Part shown: piece after piece, positions 51,801 to 64,000 of the stretch
Numbering within the stretch: position 1 is the first letter of the stretch
How the letters are laid out: the number at the start of each line of letters is the position of its first letter
Assembly: GCA_012295275.1 (NCBI GenBank)
Contig: CM022672.1
Span: 28,582,001 to 28,646,000, forward strand
DNA length: 64,000 nucleotides
Source: Chrysomallon squamiferum
Taxonomy: Eukaryota > Animalia > Mollusca
Direction of reading: 5' to 3'
Program-made: the position numbers and the translations under genes
Notes under the pieces: generated by a model
Databases searched by the model: none
Told to the model about the DNA's origin: nothing
The model's input: only the letters and a program-made list of their open reading frames with translations

Positions 51801-52792
51801 TCTGTTTGATGTTTTATCTGAGATCAGGCCATGTTGAGTAATTAACACTTGTCTGTTACATCCAGAGTTAATCCCATCAAATAGTTCAACACTGTGTGTA
51901 ACCATGTTATACAGCCTAATTATCTGACTTCAGTTTGTAGTTACAAGGATAAAGAGAATTTAGCTATAGCATACCTAATGAAACTGTAGATATTTTATGA
52001 ACACTGCATGTGCAGCTTTACAGCGAAGATAAGCAAAGGAAATCTGTGAATCAGAGGTAGTGCTTTTTTCCTTTCCCTTTTTTTTTTTTCTTCTCCAGAA
52101 TTTGTCCTCCTTAAATTTTCATTTCTTGTAGATAGATGACATCTCATTATTAATTCTCATTGCTCTTCTAATACATTGACAAATAAGAGATACAAATTAA
52201 TTAATTTGATTCCAAAACTAATTTTTGTAATAATATTAAATTATTATTGTTGTTATTTTTTCAGACAGTTATTTGTTACAGCATTACATTTGGTTTAAAT
52301 TTTCTATTTTAAAAGAAAAATTAATATTGGTTTTGTTCCCCTCTCTTATTTTTTCTTTATTACTATTTATTATATTAACAACTTTCGAAATTTATTTTAA
52401 ATATTTTCACACACACACATACACAGATACATATTATCACAGTTTACCTGCCTCTTCAAATGCAGTGAACTGCATATCGCTCTGTGTTTGGAATTACCAG
52501 TAATTGTACTAAATGCATTGTAATTGTAGACATCTGAAAGTGAAACACTTCATTAAAAATAAGCCTATGATACGGTATATACAAACTGCAGTGATAATAA
52601 ATACATTGACAGCAGGTGCCACTGGTTCTGATGATTAATTGTATATTTAATTTCAGAGCTTTGTCGGACAAAATGGGTGAAGCAAAAGCAAGTGGAAACC
52701 TGGGGAATACTCTCAAAGTTCTGTGTAAATTTGATGAGGCGATTGCATGCTGTGTACGACATTTAGACCTCTCTCGGGAGATGGCTGATAAG
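36865..52792 (+). CDS. GPSM2: G-protein-signaling modulator (GPSM1/2, Pins/LGN/AGS3 family), 5' portion. Exons: 36865-36870 (putative ATG CAG), 45981-46204, 52657-52792. Gene continues past the right edge.
   Basis: TPR exons SCMELALEGERLCKAGDCRTGVQFFETAVQVGTDDLRTLSAIYSQLGNAYFYLQEYSKALEYHKHDLNLAR|ALSDKMGEAKASGNLGNTLKVLCKFDEAIACCVRHLDLSREMADK with canonical in-phase splice sites. The 6-nt first coding piece is inferred from ATGCAG|GTAAG; an alternative start is ATG 45999. GPSM1 versus GPSM2 cannot be distinguished. Confidence 0.92.
42230..42620. mobile_element. Family A element, copy 2 (partial)
   Basis: Shares ATGTTTCTAT..TTATTCCAACAAAAGTTA...TTTTTCAGTAA...TTTTGA.AAAAT.CT blocks with 24190-24330 and 58925-59070. 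Confidence 0.55.
44510..44562. repeat. (ATT)n microsatellite, interrupted
   Basis: Directly visible. Confidence 0.88.
49290..50013 (-). mobile_element. Tigger/pogo-like internally deleted transposon
   Basis: TA|CAATGGTGCCTTGACTTACAAAT ... ACTTGTAAGTCAAGGTACCACTG|TA (about 23-bp TIR, TA TSD). The minus strand encodes the CENP-B/psq-type HTH start KKKQMISIELKHEITEKHERDMHVVDLARQY (about 49730-49630). Confidence 0.88.
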
Positions 52793-54769
52793 GTAGGCCC
52801 TTGATTAGCTTGGTGATTTGTCAGTTGACTTAGTAATGCATGATGTTGGCTGTAGTCTGGATCATTATAATCACACAGGTGACATAAATGTACAGCAGAT
52901 TAGCAGCTATAAAACTTTTGCCATTTTTATTTTTTCTCTTTAATTTTTTGAGCATTGAATTAGATATAATTAGATTTTGCTATTTGTGGTTTTGATCAGT
53001 TATTTTAAACATATTAATTACTCTACCCAATCTACTCTGTATCAGTTGCAAATGTTATGGTTTTCATTTTCTGTTTCAGTATAAAACTGTAAAACAAAAT
53101 ATGTTTTTTTTTTTTTTTAAATGTGTTGGGTTCTCACAAATTGTACCAGATCTTGTAAAAATTCAAAAATGAGGGAGGTTTTTTTTCCCACTTAAAAGAA
53201 CAGCATTTCAGCTTTCTTGTGATGTATTATAATAGAAGATCCGGCAATACTAACTAGGAGTTATAACATGATAAACACACTCAGTGTTTAATTATTTTGT
53301 AGTTACTACCATTATTCTTAGGTAATCATGACACATCTGACTTAAAATTGGACCAGTCAATGACTTTTTCTTTATACTGTATTAATAATAGTCCTGTTTG
53401 AAATAGTTAATAGAAAAATACGTTACTCTTATAATACTAATTAAAAGGTGTAATCTAATAGCTCAAAAGATAATAAAATTATTCTGCATGTTTTTATGAT
53501 AAAAATAATTGTTTCTATAATTACCATGTTCAATAACAATGGCTCAAATCTTTGCAAAACACCCTAATTCAGATGGACTAAATTAGTAGTATTCAAAAAT
53601 AATTCTCTTTATATCTTTTTGATAATGACATAGACTCAAAATGTAATTTAATAATTATCATGAATAAAATAAAACACAGGAAAAACAAAAATACCATACT
53701 ATAACTACTTATGTAAATATGAACAATTTTATGGCCAGAGATATCTCTGTTTTAATATTGAATAGCAACAGTTAACATATAGGTGAATAAGCAATAATAA
53801 AGTAATTGTTACATTTTTACTTATTTCTTTTCTCCATGATCTCACTTACTTGGTACATTGATAACGACAATCAATGCACCTTGTCATGTTCCCTTCCTTT
53901 CCCCAGTGCTTTGCTTTCATTGCAGTTTGGAAGTATTTTTTCTTGAAATTGTTGTGGTCGTTGGATTCTGACTAACTGTCAAATCCTCAAAACAATAGTC
54001 TTCAATCAAATAGTTGAATTATGCACAATCACATTCAAAGCTATTATTGGTTTCTTTTTCTTTTATCTAGATCTAGCTGTCACACAAAGGAAATATGTTA
54101 TGCACATATTAATTTTAGGTTTATTAAATGACCTTTCCCTGAACCAGTGAGATCAACTGCATGTCATCAAATGTTTACTCTGCTTAACATTACATGGGTA
54201 TGTTCCTAGCAATCTAAATGTTGAAAAGCATATTGATGTCCATAATTATATGGAAAGATGATGTTTCAAGCTTTCTGGTGAGGCCTGCTTTGTCAGGGTT
54301 TGTCTCAAAATTTTCAAACACAAATCTCGCAAACCTGCTGTTTTCCGCACGTTTTCAAGACAGTTTAGCAAATGAATTTCCACCACTTTACAGAAATCAC
54401 TTGATGCAGGAGAGAAAAAAAATATATTTTGATGCTATCAACAGTGGAAATTGATAAATGGATAGCTAATGAAACATTTACAGGGATAATCTCAAAATTT
54501 ATAGATGTACCTTTTTTTATAAAGAGCATTTATTAAAAATGTGTTTTGCTGACTTGTGACTCAGTTTGGGAGAACATAACTAGTTTCTAAAAGCTTTACC
54601 TTAAAACAATCATGTTCTAACATTAACAGACACATTTGAGGGCATTATGTATTTTTTCATTTTGCTTGGAATTCTAAGTTTCACATCCGTTTCTGCTGAT
54701 ACATAGCTGAATTGACTTTTGTATTTATTTCATTTCATTAATTTTTTTTTTTATTGAATTTATTAATGA

Positions 54770-54771
54770 TT

Positions 54772-54816
<45 letters not shown>
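54770..54816. repeat. (ATTT)n/(ATT)n microsatellite
   Basis: Directly visible. Confidence 0.88.
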
Positions 54817-54819
<3 letters not shown>

Positions 54820-57800
54820 TTATAGGAAAAAAATCCATTAATCTCTGGCATTTAATAATAATTACAGTTAGCATGGTAATGTGTCCACCAAGCTTTACAC
54901 TCTCTGATCTCAGTAGGTGGAGATAAGTGAATTTTGTCTGATTTCAGTTTATATCTATGGTGAATATCTTTATTAGAGATCTAAGAACATTTCTTTTTCA
55001 TATCATGGTTCTCCATTGACACTTTACAGTATGTACTATTTAAAGAGTTTTATCAGTATTCCAGAGATTAACAGAATGTTGTAAATGGACAACAGTTTTG
55101 TAGTAACATCAATATCATGACACTTTTATAAATACAGACGTGATTGTTTTTACTTTTAAAAATGTTTCAGTACATTCAAATTATTGTGCTTAGCTTGTAA
55201 TGTATTAAATGTTAGGATATTGACTGTTCTGTTAAACAAGATTTGTTGTGAAATTATTTGTGACTTGCTGGTTAGTTAATGCAAGCCAAAGAAATAGTAA
55301 TAGTGTCTATTCAAAAATGATCTATGGGAAAGAAACCAGAGCTGATCAGTGGTCTTTTCTAAATGTTTAAAATATTTTAAATTACTGTTACTCTGAATAT
55401 TGCCAAGAATGATTGAATTAGGTAGCGGCAGATAGTTAGGTTTCAGCAAATCAGTGTTCATATGTGCATAATCAGTGGTTTTTAACCTCTTTTAACTTTG
55501 CTTACAAACAACCTGTAACATTTTGAATTGCATGGAAATAAAGATGAAGATTTGCCCTTCAGTTGTGTGTTTGATCATGAGGTATTCAGCGAATTTGTAA
55601 TTAACATTTGAAAAATGTGATATTTTAAACACCACTGGCACAGATGAGCCGGACAGTGAAAACCATACCCCAACTTCTGTGGCATCTGGCTCTGGAAGCA
55701 GAAATGCTATATGGCTGGTTTTAGTACTGTTGGAAAGCTAGTGAAATGAGCTTTCAAATGGTATGTGACAAGGCTAGAATTTCAGTTTCCTTTTGAATGG
55801 TATTTTGGACAAAGCATAAAGTTCACTGGGATAGGGAATCAAGCACAAGTAGTAAAAGATTTGATCTTGGAAAAACAGTTATTTAATTTCTTATAAACTT
55901 AATCAAGAGTAAATTAATTATCTAATTATTTTTTATATATTCTGCTCTGAAATACTGTAACAGGCGGTCAGATCTAATTAAAAAGAAATACATTTCTCTT
56001 GCTTTATAATGCTGAAATGGATTGTAAAATCAACAAAGCCTGTCTTATACATTTGTCTTTTATTTTGGTTTGGAATAAAAAATATGAATTTTATTTTAAA
56101 ATAATTCCTGTAGTTTAGCTTTTAAACTTCAAGGGGGTTCCCAGCGATCTTACATTGGTGTAGGTTGTGGAAGTTAGCTTTGTTCTATAATAGAAAATCA
56201 GCCTGTAGCTCCCACATGTTTCAGTGTTCATTACAGAAACACATTATTTTGTTTAAAGCAAGTAATCCACATTTTAAAAAGAAAGTCAGTGAAGTGTAGA
56301 TGTGCCCAAAATGTGAGTCAGAAGGTAAGTGAAAAATAAAGATCAAAATACAATTAACAAATTACAAGTGAATACTACAGTATGTCTCATTCACTGTTAG
56401 ATAATAATATTTATTCAGCATATGCAGGTTGTTAGTTTATTTAATTTCATTTTTATTATTATTTTTTTTAACTAAGGCAAATTGTTTAGGGTAAGTAGGT
56501 GGGTTTTTTTTAAAGAATGAAATATTTTATTTTAAGATATATGTAGCAAGAGAGAAAGTTTGTTCTTAAATTTAATGATACTTATAATGCAGCTAACATG
56601 TAAGCTTTTATTTTTGCATTGGTTAATTTTAGTGATGAAATAAATCAAACAGTAGATGTACACTGTCGTGGGCAACCAGATTTATTATGATGACAACATG
56701 TCTGTCTTTAAGTGACATCTAGGCATAGAGCAACATGCTTGCGACATTGTTGTAAATTCAGTAACTTATCATTGTTAGCAGTGGCTTTAGTTGTAAGCAT
56801 TGCAATCACAGGACTGGTATAGACTGCCTGATCTGCTGAGGGCAGATAACTCACTAGGTCTCTTCATTGAATATTACTAATTTAGTCAATTTTCTTCTAA
56901 TTACTGTTATTTCTGTAACAAATAGGCAGAGTTAATGCAGTCTCATTCCATAACCAGGACATTACTTTATGCTGTCAAATCATATACCTTTAATATAATA
57001 TTTGGGTTTAGGGCTTGCTGCTTGTATGACTATTGTGAGTACACCAATATCTATTGATTAATGAGAAATTGGCAAGATTCTTTGTGGCAAGCTTTAGGAT
57101 TGACATTTTCATATAAAGAATCAGTATTTTAATGTTTCAAATAGCAGTCAGATTATGATATAGTGCTTATAGATTACTGAACAGTCTTAAGTGGTTTTGC
57201 ACCAACTGCTGCATGCAGAATAATACATTTCTGAATTTCTTGTCTCAACTAATGGCTAAAATATGTTTTATAGTCGGTTTGTCCTAAAACAGATTTATTT
57301 TTACATCCATCACAAATCCATGACATTAACAAATCTTTTTAAGAAATATAGTGAAAAACAAAAGTCAGGTTGTTTTTAGTACAAGTTTTTATTATAAACA
57401 ATATTTTTTCGTTTAGAAACTACAAATCATGCTTAGGCCTATGATACTGTGATCACCATTCATATCTATTCACCATTAGAATGTAGACACAAATGTTTTG
57501 GTTTTAGACATCTTGAACCAGAAGGTAAACAAATGTGTTTGATTCTGCTAATGAAAACAAGAAATAATTACAGACAGTATGTATACCAGAGATTATGTAC
57601 AGTCTGCAAGTTTTATTTAGGTATTTATTAAATATTTCCTGAAATTGGCTGATCTTTTATTCTATCATTGTAATTAAATTCTCCCATCCTCTTCATAACA
57701 CATAATAAAATGTTCTTCAAATAATGAACAGGCAATTGTTTCAACAATCAAGAAGCAAAATCTAGATTATAAATGAATTGTTGTCCTCTACTAATGACTG

Positions 57801-58899
57801 TTATAAATATACATCTAACAACAAATGGAAATAAAGTTAGATAAGTGATCAGAATTTGAATAACATTTACTGACTTTATAAAAATAATATAATGGCAAAA
57901 CTTGATTAGTATGAAAAGTAACAGATAAAACTTTCAGTTATTATACACAATTTCTAGGTGAATTATTACACATAATACCTGAAAATTTTACTGATTAAAC
58001 ATTATCCCTGGTTATACATATTACATACACACCATGAAGTAGTGAAGAAGAAAAATATTTATTTTATAATAATAATCCAAAGCACCAAAAACACACAAAA
58101 AAAAAAGATTAAATAAATAAAAGCATAGTGTAACAGAAAATAAATGAGTAAGAATTGTGTAAATCAAAGAGATAGTGAAAAAAATAATAATCAATATAAA
58201 TTATATATTTAAAAAAAAAATTGAAGAGAATAATAATAACAATCTGAATTTAGAACTAAAGCTATAAATGTAAATGATTTTAGAAACTGAAGATATATGT
58301 TAAAACTTGTCATTCGTTAATCAGCCAAAATTATTTTTTTGTAATAATAATGCTGACAATAAATGAAAGGCTATTCAATGTGATTTGAAAGCATAAAAAT
58401 TATCATTTTTATTTTTATTAAAGTTAGTTTTAAAAATTAAGAATAGTAATTTTTTTTATTTGCGATTTTTTTAAACATGAATGTTGATTTTTTTGTTCCT
58501 AAGTTTGAAACATTAGTTTATCTACCACCTGTTTTTTGGTGAGTCTGCATGTGCATGTATCTTTGCATTCGTGGAACATGTAGCATAATGATGTTAATTA
58601 TTAATTAAAATGTTATGCATTATAAAAGTATTGCTTACAGCTTCTTTTACCTGTTTATTGATAATTCTATGATTTCAGAATGGCCATTAAAGTTTTTTTA
58701 TATTAGGTATTATGAATATAACTGCAAATATTTATATCCTTTTCCAATAAAAGGCAGTAACTGTGTTTGATTGTATGTAAATGTGAATTTATTGAACTGC
58801 ATACTAACTCCTAAAAGTTAACTGAAACAATAACTGTTTTTTTTTGTTTTTTTACATTTAAATTTTTTTTATTCTAGAGTTACAGATAAGGTTACTGAA

Positions 58900-59893
58900 G
58901 TAAAAAAAGGCCATCCCCCAAAATTATGTTTCTATCGTTATTCCAACAAAAGTTAGTGATAATGTTCTCAGATTTTTCAGTAACAAATATTAAAATTACA
59001 CTGTTTTGAAAAAATGCTGATTTTGGCACCTTACATCTTTTGGAATTTATACACTAAAACTTGAAAATACTAAAAATGGCTCTTAAGCTCCTAAACTGAA
59101 CAGCATTTTCCCTCATTATTGCAGTACAATGCATAATTTTTCTATTCATTTCCTTCAGCATGAATTTTTTTTTTTTTTTTAATGTGTTTTTTAAATCACA
59201 AGAAAACCTTTTATGGAAATACTTGCAACTGTTTGTCAGAATAAACCGAAATTTGAGCTAAAATCTTAAAGTGGATGTAGCTAAATTTGCAACACAGCCA
59301 TCACAAATTATCTCCCTTGAAATCACCAACGTCAACTTTCTCAACAAAAATATGAATATTGTTTAGAGAAAAAAAACCGTTATATTGCTTCATTCAAGTT
59401 AAGTGTCATAATTTCCTTAGTTTTCTCCATAACCCATTGCCATCCACGTGCTTAGAGAGCAGACTGCTGTTGCATTTTATTTCTGACAAACAAGTGACCA
59501 ACTTTTAATATGTCCTATGTCTTCTCCACATAACCATCTTAATAATCTTGACTTCAAAAAGTGCTTGATAGAGGATTTTTTCGTGAAAAGATAGAGAATT
59601 TTCAGTGCAAAAATTTGGTTTTTAAGTTTCCAATAAAAATTTGGTTTGATTTAAAAAAGGAAAACATCATTTTGAAGAAACTATTTTTTTAAAATGAATC
59701 CATGTGCATTTTCAGAAAAGAATGCTGGGCTGTGTAAGTGAACAAATCATTATGATTCTTCAAAAAATAATAAAAGTTGAAATTTTGCTCTTATTGTGGT
59801 ACACGTTAGACTTAGAGGCTCATTTGAGAAAAATAGCTCATTTTAGCTGACTCAGACTTGCTGGGCAGCAGTGCAGTGCAGTTGCCAGTGCCT
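58900..59893. mobile_element. Family A element, copy 3
   Basis: The left block matches 24170-24330. The right block TGTGGTACAC.TTA...GAGAAAAAT.GC...TTTTAGCTGA.TCAG...CCAGTGCCTA matches 24761-24858. Confidence 0.62.
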
Positions 59894-62800
59894 AATTAAA
59901 CTGTTGTATGGATTTTTTAAAATGGTAACACAAACAAGGCATTACTTTACATTCAGTTTTAGTTAAAACTCATCTAACAGCATTTTGCCAAGAAAATATT
60001 GTACTGTAAACAGCATTAATCAAATTAAATGACACTCTGTCAATAACTAAATATTTATATAAACAACAACAACCTGCAGTAATCAAGTAATAAAGATAGT
60101 AAGAACATTAACATTGTAAGTTCACAAACTTGGTGAAAAAAACAAGTTAAACAACAATTTTTTTTAAACTTAAAAATTGTTATTTATTACAATTATTATA
60201 AAACCATTTCATTTCATCTATTAAATTCCAAAATTAATCATTTAAAATTCAATACATATGTGTGTGTATGTATGTATGTATGTACACACAAGCACAGCAT
60301 ATGGGTGTATTCAGTTGTGTTTGTTTTATTTACATAAAAAAAACGGTACACTACATCTTTGATTCAGTATAAAACATTATATTTCTGAGTCTGAAAGAAA
60401 TTCTGGCTGGTATGATTTAAACAAGGTGTTCTGATTATGTGTGCTATTTCAGTTAGCATTGACTTATTGATTCTTCTTAGTTTCTGAGAAACACACAGTA
60501 ATAATCTTTTCTTTTGACTGCATTGTTAATAAATGTGAAGTTTTGATTGTAACTTTGAGAAAGGACCTATTGTTATTGCTGCTAAAGTCCATATGAATGT
60601 TTTGATGCGGTTATGTTAAATATTAACTGCATTCAGATCAGCTGGAATTAGCATTTTTCAGTAATCTGTTAGTGGAGTTAATTATTTCTGTGTTTTTGTT
60701 AAAGAAAGAAAGGATAAAGAAATGGGGGGGATGGGTGTTTTTATTATTATTTATTTTAGTTGTTTTGGGGTTTTTTACTAAGTGTATGTCTGTTGTTTAA
60801 AAGTATTCAACAATGCTATATAATTTAATTTTGTTTGATTTTATATAACAAAACTCAGTTCACCTGTTGAGAAAATTGAAACTACTTTTATGTTAGTTAT
60901 TTCTGATCATCAATCTGCACTTGATATATTGGATTTTTGGGGGTTTTGTTTTGGGGGGAGTTATTAGAATAAACAAAAATGGAATAACATTTTATTTAAT
61001 TTTTGAATATTTAACTGGAATCCTAAAACAGAACATGCTATGTTTTTTTTTTTTTTTTACAAAATAAAAATATTAACAAATATAAATGGTACACTTTTTA
61101 TGAAACCATAATTGCTTCTGGATTAATAATGGAGAAAACAAAAGAAAAAAACACAAAAAAAACAAACAACATTTTGACATTTAAGTAAGTTCAGACATTT
61201 TGCTTTCTTCACAAAAGATTATTACATTCAACAGTAATTGGCTCAACTGAAGTGTATGTATGTGGTGAGGGCTATTGGCAATACCAGTGGGTGGAATGTT
61301 GTTTTTGTTCTAAGGAATAATTTGTAAGTTTGAACAAAGTTGGTAATTAAGTGCTGTCCAGTTATTATGGTACTCCACTGATGAATATTTCAGATTCATA
61401 ATTCTATTGCATTATTATGCATTTTGTTTTATAATAAAATGCATAATAAGATATTCCGAAGCAATTTTCTGTTTGGGAAATACAAGTTTGACTCACAACT
61501 GTATTTATAGATCTTTTTATCCTGATTTAAACTGATAAAAAATTTGAAGTTGTCAGATGGCAAATTGTCATAATATGTTACAAATATGTTTTCTACATTT
61601 TTCATAACTGTGCAAAGTACATTTATATTAATATGTGAAGCTGAAGATGGTAAGATCATTCATTTGTACTAGCTCATTCACAATGCAAAACAAAAAACCT
61701 CCACTTCAGTTTCGATTACAAACATAGTTTTTGTCCTAAATTAATCAGAGTGAATTAGAAGATGGAATATCTTTAGGGATAAATTAGAAAATCTGAAATG
61801 TTAATTTTTCGATGGATCAACTTTTTTCTTTTAACATGTTCACTTTTCTTCAGCAATTTAATCCTATTAAAGACTATATAATAATAAAGATAATTTGTTG
61901 AGTGCCTTTTCCTCCTGAGAGCAGAACTTAAAGCATTTTACAGTGAGACATATTAAGAATACATGGACAAAAATTGAATGAATTATACTTTAAAAATTAA
62001 AACAATGGAGTGGAAATTAAATGTCACTTTGATAAGATTTAAGAAGTGACTTTAGAAACGATTTTTTTAAGGACATATTTGTATTTGGGAATGGACATTA
62101 TGAAGCAAATGTCAAACCAAAGAGGAGACTGAATAAGGAAATTGGTACTGTGTGGCCTACTATGTTATTATTTATTATGTATGTAGTATATTTTGAAGCA
62201 GATTTCAAAATTTTAAACAGATTTTTGAGCAGGGGGCCTCCTCCAAAGTCTGTAACTTACATTTTGCTGAGAAGTAATGTGACTAAATAATTTTGATGAT
62301 TTATTAACCAAGGTAAAGGCACAGTAAGGTTCTGATATCATTTCAGCCCAGATTTCATCACTTAAATTGTAATTTATACTTAAATCAACATCTTAGGAAA
62401 AGAATGATAATTTTGCTCACCACACAGAATTTAAGTTGAGGAAAATCAACGTAAGCAGATGGTTTCTCAGAGGTGAACCAGCTTCAGCAGCCAAGACTTA
62501 TCCAGGTTGGAAGTATTGCTATATTTTGCCTCCATTTTGTTCATTGAACATGTAACATTTTATATCTGTTATATATAATTTTTATTGAAAGAGATCATGA
62601 GACCATCTGTATGAATAGCTGCAAAAATGCATTGTTTTACTGTTGTGATTGACAATAAAAATAGTTCTTTTAAACTTGTATACAAATTAAATGAATTGAG
62701 ATGGACACCATAAATGACAAAACCTCACTTCGCCCTCATATGTCACATATTTTTCTAGCCTAGCTTGAACCGTGCTTATTGCAGGGTTCAGCAGAAAACA

Positions 62801-63642
62801 TCCTCTAGTTGGTGTAGTTAGTTGTTTTAAGCTTCAATTCCACTATCTTCTAAGAAATGAAATATTGCTTTCTGGTGATTATATTTGTAAAAGTGATCTG
62901 TTGCTTGGAAATAGTCAAGAGTTCTTGCCAAAGTTTTTTTTCATCAAGGATTTCTACCACATTAGCAAAGCAGACACATTTGTATCAGATATAAGAATAA
63001 AGCTAAGAGATTGAACTTTAATTTTGTCAACTTTATTTGTAGTAAGAAATCTCATGGAGTTATCTTTGTAAGCGTAATAAGCAGTGTATGGACAATGTTT
63101 GCAGTACACAATTGTAGATTCATAACAAGATGACCACTATTTGTTACACGTTTAAGAGATAGAAACTGAAACACAGAGCAAATCAAGCATTCAGATGCCA
63201 GTAAAAATAGGTAAAAACAATTTTGTGGACCATCAGAAAGCTTTGGAGTACCTAACTAGCAGACATTTTTGACATGTTAATACTGTGTAATGCTAAAACC
63301 AATTTTAATAACAATCAAGATTAATTAATAAAACTACATAAAATAAATATCACATAAATTGATACTTGATCAGTCTTTGAATATAGAGTGGGTTTTTTTG
63401 GTTGGTTTGTTTGTTTGTTTTTGTTCCAGGTCAAACTTAACTGAACCAATAACTGTGAAGAAAATAAAGCATTTCATTGAAATGCCAAAAACATGTTATC
63501 CAGTTTCATGTTTATGCCATATTTTTCAGCTGATGACCATGTTAATTAGCAACAGAAATCTGTAAATGTACACTTCAAAACAAAACATATCAAATAGTAA
63601 ATTAGTTTTGTTTTCACTGTGGTTATTGATAATTATTAACTA

Positions 63643-64000
63643 CTGTATATACTTGTGTACAAGGCGACCTTATGTATAAGTCGATGTGTATTTTAAGACC
63701 AAAAATTGCATCATTTTAGGTATTACTTGTGTATAAGTTGACTGTAGATTCCAGGCACCGTCACTATTTTTAGACCAGTGTGACAGTGCCATGAAGGCCT
63801 ACATTGTACGCCTACTGTAACATAACTTGCACGAACATATCATAATAATGTAAATGCATGTATTACACAAGCTATAGCCTAAATGTATCATAAATAGTAT
63901 CTCTTTAATGTAATAGGTCTAACATGGAGACCTAACTTACCGTTATATTTAGTCGATTTGATGGTAGTGGATATTAATGACGATTGCAATATTATTTCAC
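63643..64000. mobile_element. Left end of a pogo/Tc2-like DNA element, probably continuing past the window
   Basis: TA|CTGTATATACTTGTGTACAAGGCGACC followed by internal repeats TGTATAAGTCGA and TACTTGTGTATAAGTTGAC, typical of pogo/Tc2-type subterminal repeats. Confidence 0.6.

Noticed and set aside
62400-63014. 80-aa ORF and nearby higher-complexity sequence as a next GPSM exon or nested gene
   Set aside because: It does not encode the expected next TPR segment (xGEGRALYNLGNVYH-like), and no motif was recognised.

Overview
This is AT-rich, intron-rich animal genomic DNA, probably from a lophotrochozoan such as a mollusc (inferred from gene content, not proven). Four genes were reconstructed exon by exon. 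(1) The 5' part of WDR91 (minus strand, 9 coding exons, runs off the left edge) contains a U12-type AT-AC intron. (2) A complete 7-exon secreted protein of about 711 aa (minus strand) has the architecture signal peptide, lysozyme/transglycosylase-like domain apparently lacking its catalytic Glu, VWA domain, uncharacterised beta-rich domain and three chitin-binding (CBM14-like) repeats. (3) A complete 24-exon XAB2/SYF1 splicing factor (minus strand, 849 aa) has a GC-AG intron and five AAG acceptors. (4) The 5' part of GPSM1/2 (Pins/LGN, plus strand) lies head-to-head with XAB2 and runs off the right edge. Introns and intergenic DNA carry decayed DNA transposons: a Sola2-like element and a derivative copy, a Tc1 remnant, Tigger/pogo-like elements and a three-copy unclassified element, plus microsatellites. 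No prokaryotic features, CRISPR arrays, rRNA or tRNA genes were seen. All family assignments come from motif recognition without database searches.
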